Shown here: piece by piece, positions 1 through 9,150 of the stretch
Numbering within the stretch: the stretch's first letter is position 1
Layout: every line of letters starts with the position of its first letter
DNA from: Methanobrevibacter sp.
GTDB taxonomy: Archaea > Methanobacteriota > Methanobacteria > Methanobacteriales > Methanobacteriaceae
Length of the DNA stretch: 46,209 nucleotides
NCBI GenBank assembly: GCA_016291275.1
Contig: JAEEWY010000001.1
Coordinates: 1-46,209, forward strand
Direction: 5' to 3'
Made by a program: the position numbers and the translations under genes
Notes under the pieces: model-generated
The model's input: only the letters and a program-made list of their open reading frames with translations
Database searches by the model: none
Told to the model about the DNA's origin: nothing

Positions 1-925
1 CAATGAAATTGTCCTCTTCACTTTCATCCAAAACACCAATGGGTCTTGAAACAGGAGTCTTGATTCCATAGAAATGGTATTCTATATTTTCGAGATGGCA
101 ATTGTATTTTCTAAGGATTTCCAATTCCTTTCCAATAGAATCGACACCATGCCTTTCAGTGATATGGACTAGATTAGGTTGAACAGCAGCGAAGTAAATG
201 TCAGTTCCACCACTTGATTCCGGAGAAATGACCTTATTTGCACCAGCATGCTTTAATCTTTTAACGCTTTCCTTTTTGCTTGCCCTTGAAACAATCCATG
301 CATCCTTATACAATTCCCTTGTTGTAAGGACGATAAACAGATTATCAACATCGCTTCCAGTTGCAACTATCACTCCTAATGATTTGTCAATATTAAGTTT
401 TTTAAGGGTCTTGTCTTCGGTAGCATTTCCATTAAGCAAGATTACATTTTCGTTTTCTTCAATGTCCTCTAACTTTTCCTCATTTTTTTCGATAATGATT
501 ACTTTCTGGTTTCTTTTCATTAATTCTTCATAAACTGCAGTACCTACTCTTCCAAATCCACATAAAATATAGTGATTTTGCATGTCCGCTAATTTCCTTT
601 CCATAATTCTTCCACTCCTCATATCTTGCAGGTTTTGTGTAACTGAACTAATGATAAATGTAACGATATAAGCTAGAACTCCGACTCCTGAAAGCGCTAA
701 TGTGACAGAAAAGATCTTTTGCAATGGAGTTATAGGGGTAATGTCTCCATATCCCACTGTAGCAAGGGTTATTATGGTGTAATATATTGAATCGTATATG
801 TCCAATCCCATAATGTAAATGGACCCTAAAATCCCATATATTAATATTAAAACAATAATGAGCACTGCATAAATTCCTGTTCTGTCTCTTCTAGAGTAAT
901 TGTATATGATTTTTATGCCCTTCAT
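1..925 (-). CDS. Potassium channel with TrkA-N/RCK domain (MthK/Kch-like), 3' end outside the window
   Basis: Absent from the ORF track. Manual translation from the ATG at 925 gives MKGIKIIYNYSRRDRTGIYAVLII...TLATVGYGDITP, containing the TVGYGD selectivity filter and a later Rossmann motif CGFGRVG. GAGG lies upstream. Confidence 0.9.
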   Translation of the reverse strand, partial: MKGIKIIYNYSRRDRTGIYAVLIIVLILIYGILGSIYIMGLDIYDSIYYTIITLATVGYGDITPITPLQKIFSVTLALSGVGVLAYIVTFIISSVTQNLQDMRSGRIMERKLADMQNHYILCGFGRVGTAVYEELMKRNQKVIIIEKNEEKLEDIEENENVILLNGNATEDKTLKKLNIDKSLGVIVATGSDVDNLFIVLTTRELYKDAWIVSRASKKESVKRLKHAGANKVISPESSGGTDIYFAAVQPNLVHITERHGVDSIGKELEILRKYNCHLENIEYHFYGIKTPVSRPIGVLDESEEDNFI

Positions 926-1099
926 AAGTAGTCCTCATTGGAATTCCAGTTTTTATTTTTTTAATAAAGTTCTATAATGATAATTTTTAGCATTTAAATT
1001 TTTTATAGCATTAAATTTTTTAGCATTGACTAATATTTTTCAATTATTGTCCTTATATTTAATTATTAGATTGATTATATAATATAATGTTTATGTAAT

Positions 1100-1135
1100 T
1101 TTTATTAGTTTACTGTATTTTATTAGTTTACTGTA
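1100..1135. repeat. Perfect 18-bp tandem duplication TTTTATTAGTTTACTGTA x2
   Basis: Read directly at 1100-1117 and 1118-1135. Confidence 0.85.
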
Positions 1136-1174
1136 ATTTAAAAAATTTTATTTTAAAATGATTAAGGTGAAACA

Positions 1175-2746
1175 ATGGATCCAATTGACATGATGACAAC
1201 AGACTATAATTGTGAGTATTTAGGGCTTTCTCGTTTGTGCTTGATGGAAAATGCAGGCAAATCAATATCTGATGAGGTAGCTACCCTTTCAACTTTCAAG
1301 TTTTCAAAGCCTGTTAAGATTATAATATTTACAGGCTCTGGAGGAAACGGTGGAGATGGCTTTGTAGCTGCAAGGCATCTATTGAATAGGGGATTTGAAG
1401 TTGCGGTATACTGCTTAAATGCACTAGAAGAGATTAAGTCTGATGATGCGCTTACTAACCTTGAAATTCTCCTGAATATGGGGCCAAGAGTTTCACGCTT
1501 GTCTGTAGATTTCATTAAGGATTCTAGTGATTTGGATAATCTTGATTTTGACTCAAATAGTGAATATATTGTGCTTGATTGTCTTCTTGGAACTGGAATC
1601 AAAGGTAAACTTAGAACAAAGGTTAGAAAAACTGTAGAATTGATCAATGAAATAAACGGTTTGAAAGTAGCTATTGATGTTCCTTCAGGTTTGGATCCAT
1701 TGACTGGAGAAATATCAGACATTGCAGTTGAAGCTGATTATACAGTAAGCTTTCATAAAATCAAGACTGGAGTTAAATTAGCCGGTGAGGAAAAGACCGG
1801 TGGTGTTATCACTTGTGATATTGGAATTCCTATTGAAGCTGAGCTATTTGTTGAAGGTGGAGACTTACTCAGATTAAAGAACAGGTCTAAAGACTCCCAT
1901 AAAGGCAATAACGGAAAGGTCTTGATTGTTGGAGGAAGCAAGGACTATTACGGTGCACCTGCAATTTCAGCTAAGGCAGCCATTGCAACAGGTGCAGATT
2001 TAACTTACATTTACACTCCTCAAAATGCAGCTCTTGCCATAAAGTCAATATCTGAAGACTTTATAGTTAAAGAGGCAAAAGGGGATTACTTGTCTTTAGA
2101 TGATTTAGATGACATTTTGGAACTTGCATCCCATGTTGATGCAGTGTTATTGGGACCTGGTTCAAGTCAAAATGAGGAAACAGGCAAACTATTCAATGTA
2201 TTGGCAATGAAGATTGACAAGCCATTGGTATTGGATGCGGATGCATTGAAACTAGTGGATTTAAGTCTTGTTTCCAAAAAGGAAGACTTGATTGTTACAC
2301 CTCATTTATCTGAATTCAAGTCATTCTTTAAGAACGTTTCAAAAGAGGATATGGATAATCTTGAAAAATTTGTCAAATTGGAAGACAAGGAGAATCTGGA
2401 CTTTAGAAAAGTCAACGATAAGATTGATGCCATTCATAAGATTACAAAAAGCATTGAAGGTTCCGTTATCTTGAAAGGAAAATATGATTTCATCTTCCAT
2501 AGAAATAGGTTGAAGATCAATAGAACAGGCAATCCTGGAATGACTGTAGGTGGAACTGGAGATGCATTGGCAGGAATTTGCTTAAGTTTGCTCTCTCAAG
2601 GATTAAGCAGTTTTGATGCGGCAATGCTCGCACCATACCTTAATGGAAAAGCTGGTGACTTGGCTTATGAAGCTCAAGGATATGGCTTTGGGGCACAGGA
2701 CTTGACACAGTATTTAGGTGCTGTTATGAATGGTTTAATTGAATAA
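1175..2746 (+). CDS. nnr: Bifunctional NAD(P)H-hydrate epimerase/dehydratase (YjeF/Nnr)
   Basis: N-domain motifs LMENAG, GSGGNGGDG, D.LLGTG and AIDVPSG. C-domain motifs DSHKGNNG, LDADAL, TPHLSEF and GGTGDALAG. Confidence 0.93.
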   Translation: MDPIDMMTTDYNCEYLGLSRLCLMENAGKSISDEVATLSTFKFSKPVKIIIFTGSGGNGGDGFVAARHLLNRGFEVAVYCLNALEEIKSDDALTNLEILLNMGPRVSRLSVDFIKDSSDLDNLDFDSNSEYIVLDCLLGTGIKGKLRTKVRKTVELINEINGLKVAIDVPSGLDPLTGEISDIAVEADYTVSFHKIKTGVKLAGEEKTGGVITCDIGIPIEAELFVEGGDLLRLKNRSKDSHKGNNGKVLIVGGSKDYYGAPAISAKAAIATGADLTYIYTPQNAALAIKSISEDFIVKEAKGDYLSLDDLDDILELASHVDAVLLGPGSSQNEETGKLFNVLAMKIDKPLVLDADALKLVDLSLVSKKEDLIVTPHLSEFKSFFKNVSKEDMDNLEKFVKLEDKENLDFRKVNDKIDAIHKITKSIEGSVILKGKYDFIFHRNRLKINRTGNPGMTVGGTGDALAGICLSLLSQGLSSFDAAMLAPYLNGKAGDLAYEAQGYGFGAQDLTQYLGAVMNGLIE

Positions 2747-2832
2747 TTAAATTAAATATTTTTTATTGAATGATTGGAATATTTGATTATTCCTTTTATT
2801 TTTTATTTTTTATTTTTTTATCAAGTGATCAA

Positions 2833-3540
2833 ATGACTGATTTAGTAAAAGCTATTTTTAGAAACAGAGCAAATCGATTCATTGCAGAAGTGGAAATTGA
2901 AGGAGAAATAGTCAAGGCTCACTTGCCGAATACAGGCAGATGCGAGGAGCTATTGATTGATGGTGTTAATGTTTACCTTAAGCCAAGCGATAATCCAAAC
3001 AGAAAGACAAAATATTCTCTTTATTTGATTGAAAACAATGGTGCACTTGTTGCTATGTATTCTCAACAGGCTAGCAAGATTGTCATTGATGCAATCTTGA
3101 AGGGAAAAGTCAAGGAATTATCAGGATACGATATTGTAGAATCTGAAAAGACTATTGGAAATTCAAGAATTGACATCTATTTGGCTAATTTGGATGATGA
3201 GGATAATCCATTTGATGAGACATATGTTGAAGTAAAATCAGTTACCTTAATAAAAGATGGTATTGCACAGTTTCCAGATGCCCCTACCGAAAGAGGTAGA
3301 AAACACTTGGAAGAGTTAATTTCACTTAAAAAAGACGGAATCAGGTCAGTTGTATTTTTCTTGATTGAGCATCCAAATGGAAACAGCTTCAGACCTAATT
3401 GGGAAAATGATCCGGAATTCTCCCATACTCTGAATAGGGCATACAATGAAGGTGTGGAAATTCTTGTCTACAAAACAGAAAACACTTTGGAAAAAATAGA
3501 ATTGGTTGGAAATTCATTAAACTTTAATTTAGAAAAATAA
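2833..3540 (+). CDS. sfsA: DNA/RNA nuclease SfsA (sugar fermentation stimulation protein family)
   Basis: Motifs NRF, HLPNTGR, SRID, YVEVKSVTL and FPDAPTERGRKHLEEL. Start moved from 2770 to the ATG at 2833, which follows a GTGA SD-like sequence. Confidence 0.92.
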   Translation: MTDLVKAIFRNRANRFIAEVEIEGEIVKAHLPNTGRCEELLIDGVNVYLKPSDNPNRKTKYSLYLIENNGALVAMYSQQASKIVIDAILKGKVKELSGYDIVESEKTIGNSRIDIYLANLDDEDNPFDETYVEVKSVTLIKDGIAQFPDAPTERGRKHLEELISLKKDGIRSVVFFLIEHPNGNSFRPNWENDPEFSHTLNRAYNEGVEILVYKTENTLEKIELVGNSLNFNLEK

Positions 3541-3617
3541 ACTTAATTTGAAAAAGTTTTTGATGTAAAAACGACTAATTTTGCTTAAAATTTAAAAATA
3601 ACGAAAAATAGTTTAAT

Positions 3618-3707
3618 AAAAAGTGAGAATAATATGCAAAGGTTTAATTTTTAAAAAAAACATATGTAAAGGGGGTGATATGTAATTGAGTACATATTAT
3701 TCTCGGA
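3618..3707 (-). ncRNA. Candidate hairpin small RNA with anti-SD loop
   Basis: 14-bp terminal stem (3625-3638 with 3691-3704) whose single imperfection is G-U only on the minus strand. An upstream TATA box and a downstream U-tract flank it. Inference only. Confidence 0.5.
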
Positions 3708-3725
3708 TTACTATTTATTTTTTCA

Positions 3726-3741
3726 TATTTATAAAGTTTTT
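3726..3741 (-). promoter_or_regulatory. Archaeal BRE/TATA promoter candidate (AAAAAC TTTATAAATA)
   Basis: Consensus-like TATA box starting about 30 nt upstream of the hairpin at 3704, with no ORF downstream. Confidence 0.5.
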
Positions 3742-3931
3742 GCATATTTTTCTGATTTTCAATTGTTTAATCTCAATTAAAAAACTTATAGGTTATTCAT
3801 TATTTAACTAATTTATTAAATTTATTTTAAGTTTTTGAAAAAATTGTATATATTTGTTTATAAATAAAAAATATAACTTTCATAAGTTAAGTATTAAAAT
3901 TGAAAAAAAAGAAAAAAATAGATAAAATCAA

Positions 3932-5107
3932 TTATCTATTTAATTTTTGATAGTTAGCAGCTTGGAGACCGTGGTACTTGATCATACCTTCGATTTCTCT
4001 TTGGTCGGTTTCCTTATCTTCAAAGGTGATTTGTTCAATGCTGTGTAAGCTGAAAGGTGATTTTCTGCTTAATGGCTGAATGGAACCTTTGAATAATTTC
4101 ATTACAACTTCTCCGCTAACTCTTCTTTGCATATGGTCGAAAGCTTGGTCGAGGTCTTCTCTTAAAGGCTCTTGCCATAATGCTTCGTAAACTAAATCAG
4201 CATATAATGTGCTCATGTAATCTGCAAATCTTAATTCATCTACAGTCAATACCAATTGCTCTAAAGCCTTGTGAGCAGCAATCAATAATTTAGCACCTGG
4301 AACCTCATAGGTTTCTCTACTTTTAAGACCAATCATTCTGTTTTCGATGATGTCAACTCTACCTACACCGTTTTCACCAGCGATTTCATTTGCCTTGTTG
4401 ATTAAGTCTACAAGTCCCATCATTTCTCCGTTGATAGCTACAGGAACTCCTTCCTCAAATTCAATGCTTACTTTGGTAGGGGTGTCTTTAGCGTCTTCAG
4501 CAGATTTGGTCCATTCATAGATTTCTTCAGGTGGCTCATTTGCAGGGTCTTCAAGCACATCCCCTTCAATAGCTCTTCCCCAAAGGTTTTCATCAATACT
4601 GTAGATTTTATCATAGGATAAGTTTAATCCATGCTCTTTTGCATAAGCAACTTCTTCAGTTCTTGTCAAGTTCATTTCTCTGATTGGAGCAATGATCTTA
4701 AAGTCAGACATGGACCTGATGATAGCTTCAAATCTGAATTGGTCATTTCCTTTACCGGTACATCCGTGTGCGATTGCAGTTGCGCCTTCTTTTTCTGCAA
4801 TTTCAATGATTTTCATTGCGATTAAAGGTCTTGCAAGTGCAGTGCTTAATGGGTATCCTTCGTATTCTGCATTTGCCTTGATTCCTCTTGCAATGTATTC
4901 ATTAGCAAATTCGTCTTTAGCGTCAATAATGTAGTGTTTACCGGTATTGATCTTGTCTGCAGAATTTTGGGATTTTTGCAATTCTTCAGCAGGTTGTCCA
5001 ACATCAACACATGCAGTCACTACTTCGTAATTATATTCTTCTTCCAATAATTTAACACATACAGTGGTGTCTAATCCTCCACTGAATGCAAGAACGACTT
5101 TTTCCAT
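3932..5107 (-). CDS. argG: Argininosuccinate synthase
   Basis: Motifs [43 protein letters not shown] and [11 protein letters not shown]. Confidence 0.97.
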   Translation of the reverse strand: MEKVVLAFSGGLDTTVCVKLLEEEYNYEVVTACVDVGQPAEELQKSQNSADKINTGKHYIIDAKDEFANEYIARGIKANAEYEGYPLSTALARPLIAMKIIEIAEKEGATAIAHGCTGKGNDQFRFEAIIRSMSDFKIIAPIREMNLTRTEEVAYAKEHGLNLSYDKIYSIDENLWGRAIEGDVLEDPANEPPEEIYEWTKSAEDAKDTPTKVSIEFEEGVPVAINGEMMGLVDLINKANEIAGENGVGRVDIIENRMIGLKSRETYEVPGAKLLIAAHKALEQLVLTVDELRFADYMSTLYADLVYEALWQEPLREDLDQAFDHMQRRVSGEVVMKLFKGSIQPLSRKSPFSLHSIEQITFEDKETDQREIEGMIKYHGLQAANYQKLNR

Positions 5108-5329
5108 ATTATCACTTTTTATTTAGTAAATTAATTGATTTTAATTTTTAAATTTCATAATTAATATGCAATCATTATAATTTAAGTTTAAATTATACTT
5201 TAACTTTTGTTTTTTATAATATATAGTTTTTAAGTTTAAATAAAATAAAAAATAAATAAATTATTGATTTAGACTACTTATTTTTCCAGAATAAGAAACT
5301 TATTTTTTAAGGCAATTTAAGGCGATTTT

Positions 5330-6079
5330 ATGAATGATTTAAATAGAAACAATTTGGAATTGGAGATTATTTCTTCTGAAAGCGGAGGATTCATTTCTGC
5401 AAATAGGAACATCTTCAACAGCATAGGATTATCCGATAATTCCAAATTCATTTTAAATCAAGCTATTAAGGGAACTCCTATGCTTAAGATTGGAGATGGA
5501 TCTGCTAAAGTCATGCTTGTTGCAGGAGTTCATGGAAATGAATTAGCACCGCAAATCGCCGCTTTGAATCTAATTGAGCATATTTGTGATTTGGATTTAA
5601 ATGGAAAGCTTAATGGTACAGTTTATGCCATTCCATTTGCATCTCCAAAGAGCACTATGGAAAATTCAAGGTATCTTGATGGAGTTGACTTAAACAGGTC
5701 TGCTCATTTGCCTCATACCGTTACAAATATCATTCTAAAAAAGGCTAAGGATTTGGAAGTTTCAGCTATAGGTGATTTCCATTCATCTGCACCTAATTCC
5801 AATCCCGGAAAAGAGGGAATCTTTTGCACAAAAGTTCCTTGCTCCAAAAGCTATTTCATAGCAGTACATATTTCCGAAAAAGTAGGCTCTGAAAAGATAT
5901 TGTATCCAAGTGCAGGTGTTCCATTTAAGGGTGCTCTTGAAGATGAGGCAAATCTGATTCAGATTCCAGCTGTAACCTGTGAGGTCTTATCAGCTATTGG
6001 CTATTCAAATGAGAAAATCTGCCAAAGATCCTACTTGCAGATGAAAGCATTTTTAGAATACTTCGGTATAATCGAGTAA
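5330..6079 (+). CDS. Succinylglutamate desuccinylase/aspartoacylase (M14-like zinc hydrolase) family protein
   Basis: Motifs AGVHGNE (HxxE), DLNR, DFHS and a C-terminal catalytic Glu (VTCE). Confidence 0.8.
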   Translation: MNDLNRNNLELEIISSESGGFISANRNIFNSIGLSDNSKFILNQAIKGTPMLKIGDGSAKVMLVAGVHGNELAPQIAALNLIEHICDLDLNGKLNGTVYAIPFASPKSTMENSRYLDGVDLNRSAHLPHTVTNIILKKAKDLEVSAIGDFHSSAPNSNPGKEGIFCTKVPCSKSYFIAVHISEKVGSEKILYPSAGVPFKGALEDEANLIQIPAVTCEVLSAIGYSNEKICQRSYLQMKAFLEYFGIIE

Positions 6080-6289
6080 TTCATTTGATTGTTTTTTATA
6101 TTTCTTTATTTTTCATTATTTTTTCCTAATTTTTAATTTAATTTTTATTCTTTTTTATATGGTAAACTATTTCTAATTATTACTTCTCAAATGCTCTCAT
6201 TTAGTTTATATTAGCTTAAAATCAAATATTTAATAAACATACTTGCAGGGAGTGTTGTAAGTATGTTAATTTAAATAGGGTGTGTTAGT

Positions 6290-7018
6290 ATTTCCTCTTA
6301 TAAAGGCCATACGATATTTGCATTTATTCTTTCTCTATTCATGTTTTATGATCCTTTGGCTATTGCATTAGCGGTAATCTCAGCAAATATTCCAGACTTT
6401 GACCATGAGTTCAAAAGAAACCATGTTATCACAATCATAGCTCTTGGAGCATTGGTTTCATGTTTTTTGTATTTTCTGGGATTGCCTTATTATTTAGGCC
6501 TTGTGATCATTTTGCTTGGAGGCATATTCCTGGTTTCAAGCCATAGAGGCTTTACCCATTCTATTTTAGGTGCAGTTTTAATAACTCTTTTCTTGTCATT
6601 ATTCTTGTTTTTTGGAATGGGATTGTCTTCATATAACCTTGATTTTAACAATTCAAGAAACCTTATGATATTGTTGATATTGATTATTGCATTGGCATTG
6701 CTGTTTCTTAATAAAAAGCTTTCTCCTGTATTTTTAGTGGCAATTGCGGTTTTGGTGGTATCAGTTAATTTGGGATTCATTCCTCCATTAAATATTAATT
6801 TGACATTGCTTGCATTTTCAATATTTTTTGGATTATGCACTCATATCGTATTGGACTCTTTCACTCCTTCTGGAGTAAATGCATTCAGTCCATTTAGAGA
6901 TAAGGAATACCATAAGAAATTTGGTGTTTTATTGTTTATGATTTTAATGGGGATGTTTATTTTACTCTTTCCTAACAAGTTATTTTTTTACCTAAATTTT
7001 TTATCACTTTTTCACTGA
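6290..7018 (+). CDS. Membrane-bound metal-dependent hydrolase (YdjM/DUF457-like)
   Basis: Motifs IPDFDH, HRGFTHS and HIVLDSFT, with many TM segments. The N-terminal His (SSYKGH) lies upstream of the ATG at 6341, so the start is proposed at ATT 6290. Confidence 0.8.
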   Translation: MSSYKGHTIFAFILSLFMFYDPLAIALAVISANIPDFDHEFKRNHVITIIALGALVSCFLYFLGLPYYLGLVIILLGGIFLVSSHRGFTHSILGAVLITLFLSLFLFFGMGLSSYNLDFNNSRNLMILLILIIALALLFLNKKLSPVFLVAIAVLVVSVNLGFIPPLNINLTLLAFSIFFGLCTHIVLDSFTPSGVNAFSPFRDKEYHKKFGVLLFMILMGMFILLFPNKLFFYLNFLSLFH

Positions 7019-7388
7019 TTTTTTTAAAAAATCTATTATGAATTTTCACTTATTTTTTAATATTTTTTTTATACTTAGTATTACTATCTCTGTTTATCAT
7101 CGAATTTTCATGAAAATTATAAAAAGATTTATAATAAATAATCATGATAAATAATAGTATTTATAATATAATAAAAAAATTAATTTTTTTACTATCATTA
7201 TATATAATTTATATGGTGCTTTTATTGCATATTTTTCTGCGCAGGATTTTGTCATAAAAGTGTCATGAATATTTATGATAATTTATCATGATTTGTTATG
7301 ATTTGTTAAAAAATTTTAACTAATTTTCTACAAATTTTGGCCTTATCGTAAATATTGTTATAATTTAAAACATTATGGGGTTATTTTA

Positions 7389-7703
7389 ATGTTTTTAAGT
7401 AGAATTTATTATGCGATTGCTTATTTAGTGGTTCTTATTTTAGAGATTATCAAATCTACAATAGATATGGCTTTAAGAGTCTTCAAGACTGATGGATTTG
7501 AGCCTATTGTGATTGATATTGATACTGAACTTAAAAGACCAATATCCCAAACAATTTTGGCCAACAGCATTACCTTGACTCCTGGAACATTGTCTGTGGA
7601 CTTGGATAGTGAAAATCAAGTCATAAAGGTTGCAGTTATTGCTCCAAGAGACGTTAAGGACATTATTCCATTTGAACCTTATATCAAGGGAATGCTAGAA
7701 TAA
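7389..7703 (+). CDS. ehbA: Energy-converting hydrogenase B subunit A (MnhE-like)
   Basis: LANSITLTPGTL MnhE motif; first gene of the ehb cluster. Confidence 0.88.
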   Translation: MFLSRIYYAIAYLVVLILEIIKSTIDMALRVFKTDGFEPIVIDIDTELKRPISQTILANSITLTPGTLSVDLDSENQVIKVAVIAPRDVKDIIPFEPYIKGMLE

Positions 7704-7839
7704 TTTCTAAAAATCATTTTAAATTCATTTTAAAAATTGGTTTTGATTTTTAAAATGATAAAAAAATGATAAAAATAAGCGATTTAATTTTCAAATTTAT
7801 GTTTATTGTGTAAATTTATAATCATAGAATGTGATGATA

Positions 7840-8100
7840 ATGGATATTTTATTGATTTCTGAGTGTTTTTTAATAGTTGCATTGATTGTATTTCTAATTG
7901 CAACATTGAGGATTATTACATATAAATCTACATCTATGGGACTTATAGGTACTTCTTCATTCACTTTAGCACTTACTTTGCTACTTATAACAGTCGGTAC
8001 AATATATAATATCGGATTTTTCAAGGATATTGCTTTAGCATTGCTTCTATTAGGCATTGTTGGAACAATAGCTTATGCAGCAGTTATGAGGAGGGCATAA
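7840..8100 (+). CDS. ehbB: Ehb subunit B (MnhF-like, 3 TM)
   Basis: Hydrophobic with DIALALLLLGIVGTIAYA; position in operon. Start could be 7831, 7834 or 7840. Confidence 0.82.
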   Translation: MDILLISECFLIVALIVFLIATLRIITYKSTSMGLIGTSSFTLALTLLLITVGTIYNIGFFKDIALALLLLGIVGTIAYAAVMRRA

Positions 8101-8556
8101 ATGATGTTTGGAATTGATCCTGGTATAATCAATATGATTCAATCAATCTTGCTTTTCATTTCTGCACTTCTGATATTGATTGCAGTAGTAGGTGTTTTAA
8201 GAATTGATAGAAACTTAGATAATGTAGTATACGCTAGAATTCATCTTTTAGGTATTGTTGACGTTGCAGGAATTATCGCATTCCTTGCTTTAGGCCAACC
8301 TTTATTTGCCCTAATTTATTTATTCCTAGCGCCATTATTGGCTCATGCATTAGCTAATGCTTATTTCCATAGTGAAGATACTCTCAATAATCCAGTACTT
8401 AATCCAAATCTTGAGGAAACTTCTGATGAGGAAGAAGATGAAGATGAAACCAATTTGGTTGATGAAGTGCTTCTTGAAGATAATTTGGATATGAGTGATG
8501 ATTCAAGTATTGATGAGAATTTAGATGAAAAAAGTGAGGATGATGGCAATGATTGA
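8101..8556 (+). CDS. ehbC: Ehb subunit C (MnhG-like) with acidic C-terminal tail
   Basis: YARIH and [11 protein letters not shown] MnhG-type motifs; operon order. Confidence 0.82.
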   Translation: MMFGIDPGIINMIQSILLFISALLILIAVVGVLRIDRNLDNVVYARIHLLGIVDVAGIIAFLALGQPLFALIYLFLAPLLAHALANAYFHSEDTLNNPVLNPNLEETSDEEEDEDETNLVDEVLLEDNLDMSDDSSIDENLDEKSEDDGND

Positions 8557-8782
8557 ATATATAGTGATTTTTGTTGCAGTTTTAAGCGCTATTATCGCAC
8601 TTTTACAAAATGACTTGCTTAAGGCAGCTATTTTAACTGGTATTTCTGGATTCTGTGTAGCATTCTTATTCCAGATCTTGCTTGCTCCTGATGTAGCTTT
8701 AACACAAGCTATTGTGGAAGGGGCTATTGTACCGGTATTTATCGCATTAGCTGTTTTAAAAACTAGAAGGGAGGAGGCATAG
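8549..8782 (+). CDS. ehbD: Ehb subunit D (DUF4040/MnhB-N-like)
   Basis: [13 protein letters not shown] motif. ATG 8549 is preferred over 8525. Confidence 0.83.
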   Translation: MIEYIVIFVAVLSAIIALLQNDLLKAAILTGISGFCVAFLFQILLAPDVALTQAIVEGAIVPVFIALAVLKTRREEA

Positions 8783-8784
8783 TT

Positions 8785-9150
8785 ATGATGGATATTCAAT
8801 TGGCTTCTTTATTTGCTTCTGGTGCATTTATAATTATTGGACTATTTGCAGCAATTTTCATTGATAATCTAATCAAGAAAATCATTGGTATTGCTTTTAT
8901 TGAGGAAGGTGTAAACCTATTCCTAATCTGCTTAGGATTTAAAGCAGGTGGAGTCGTGCCTATCTTCTTGCCAGGCATGACTGCAGATTGGTTTGCAGCA
9001 AATGCAGCATATCCTTTGCCTCAAGCATTAGTTCTTACAAGTATTGTAATTGGTGCAAGTACTTTAGCAGTGATGTTGGCTTTGGCTATGGTTTTATACA
9101 GAAAGCATGGAACCTTAAGCGTATCTGAAATGATGGGGGATGAAAAATGA
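8785..9150 (+). CDS. ehbE: Ehb subunit E (MnhC-like)
   Basis: Motifs NLIKKIIG and [14 protein letters not shown]. Confidence 0.87.
   Translation: MMDIQLASLFASGAFIIIGLFAAIFIDNLIKKIIGIAFIEEGVNLFLICLGFKAGGVVPIFLPGMTADWFAANAAYPLPQALVLTSIVIGASTLAVMLALAMVLYRKHGTLSVSEMMGDEK

Noticed and set aside
198-533. 111-aa plus-strand ORF
   Set aside because: Antisense shadow of the K+ channel gene.
2770-2832. Hydrophobic N-terminal extension on SfsA
   Set aside because: Translation of a T-rich intergenic tract; the SD-like GTGA supports ATG 2833.
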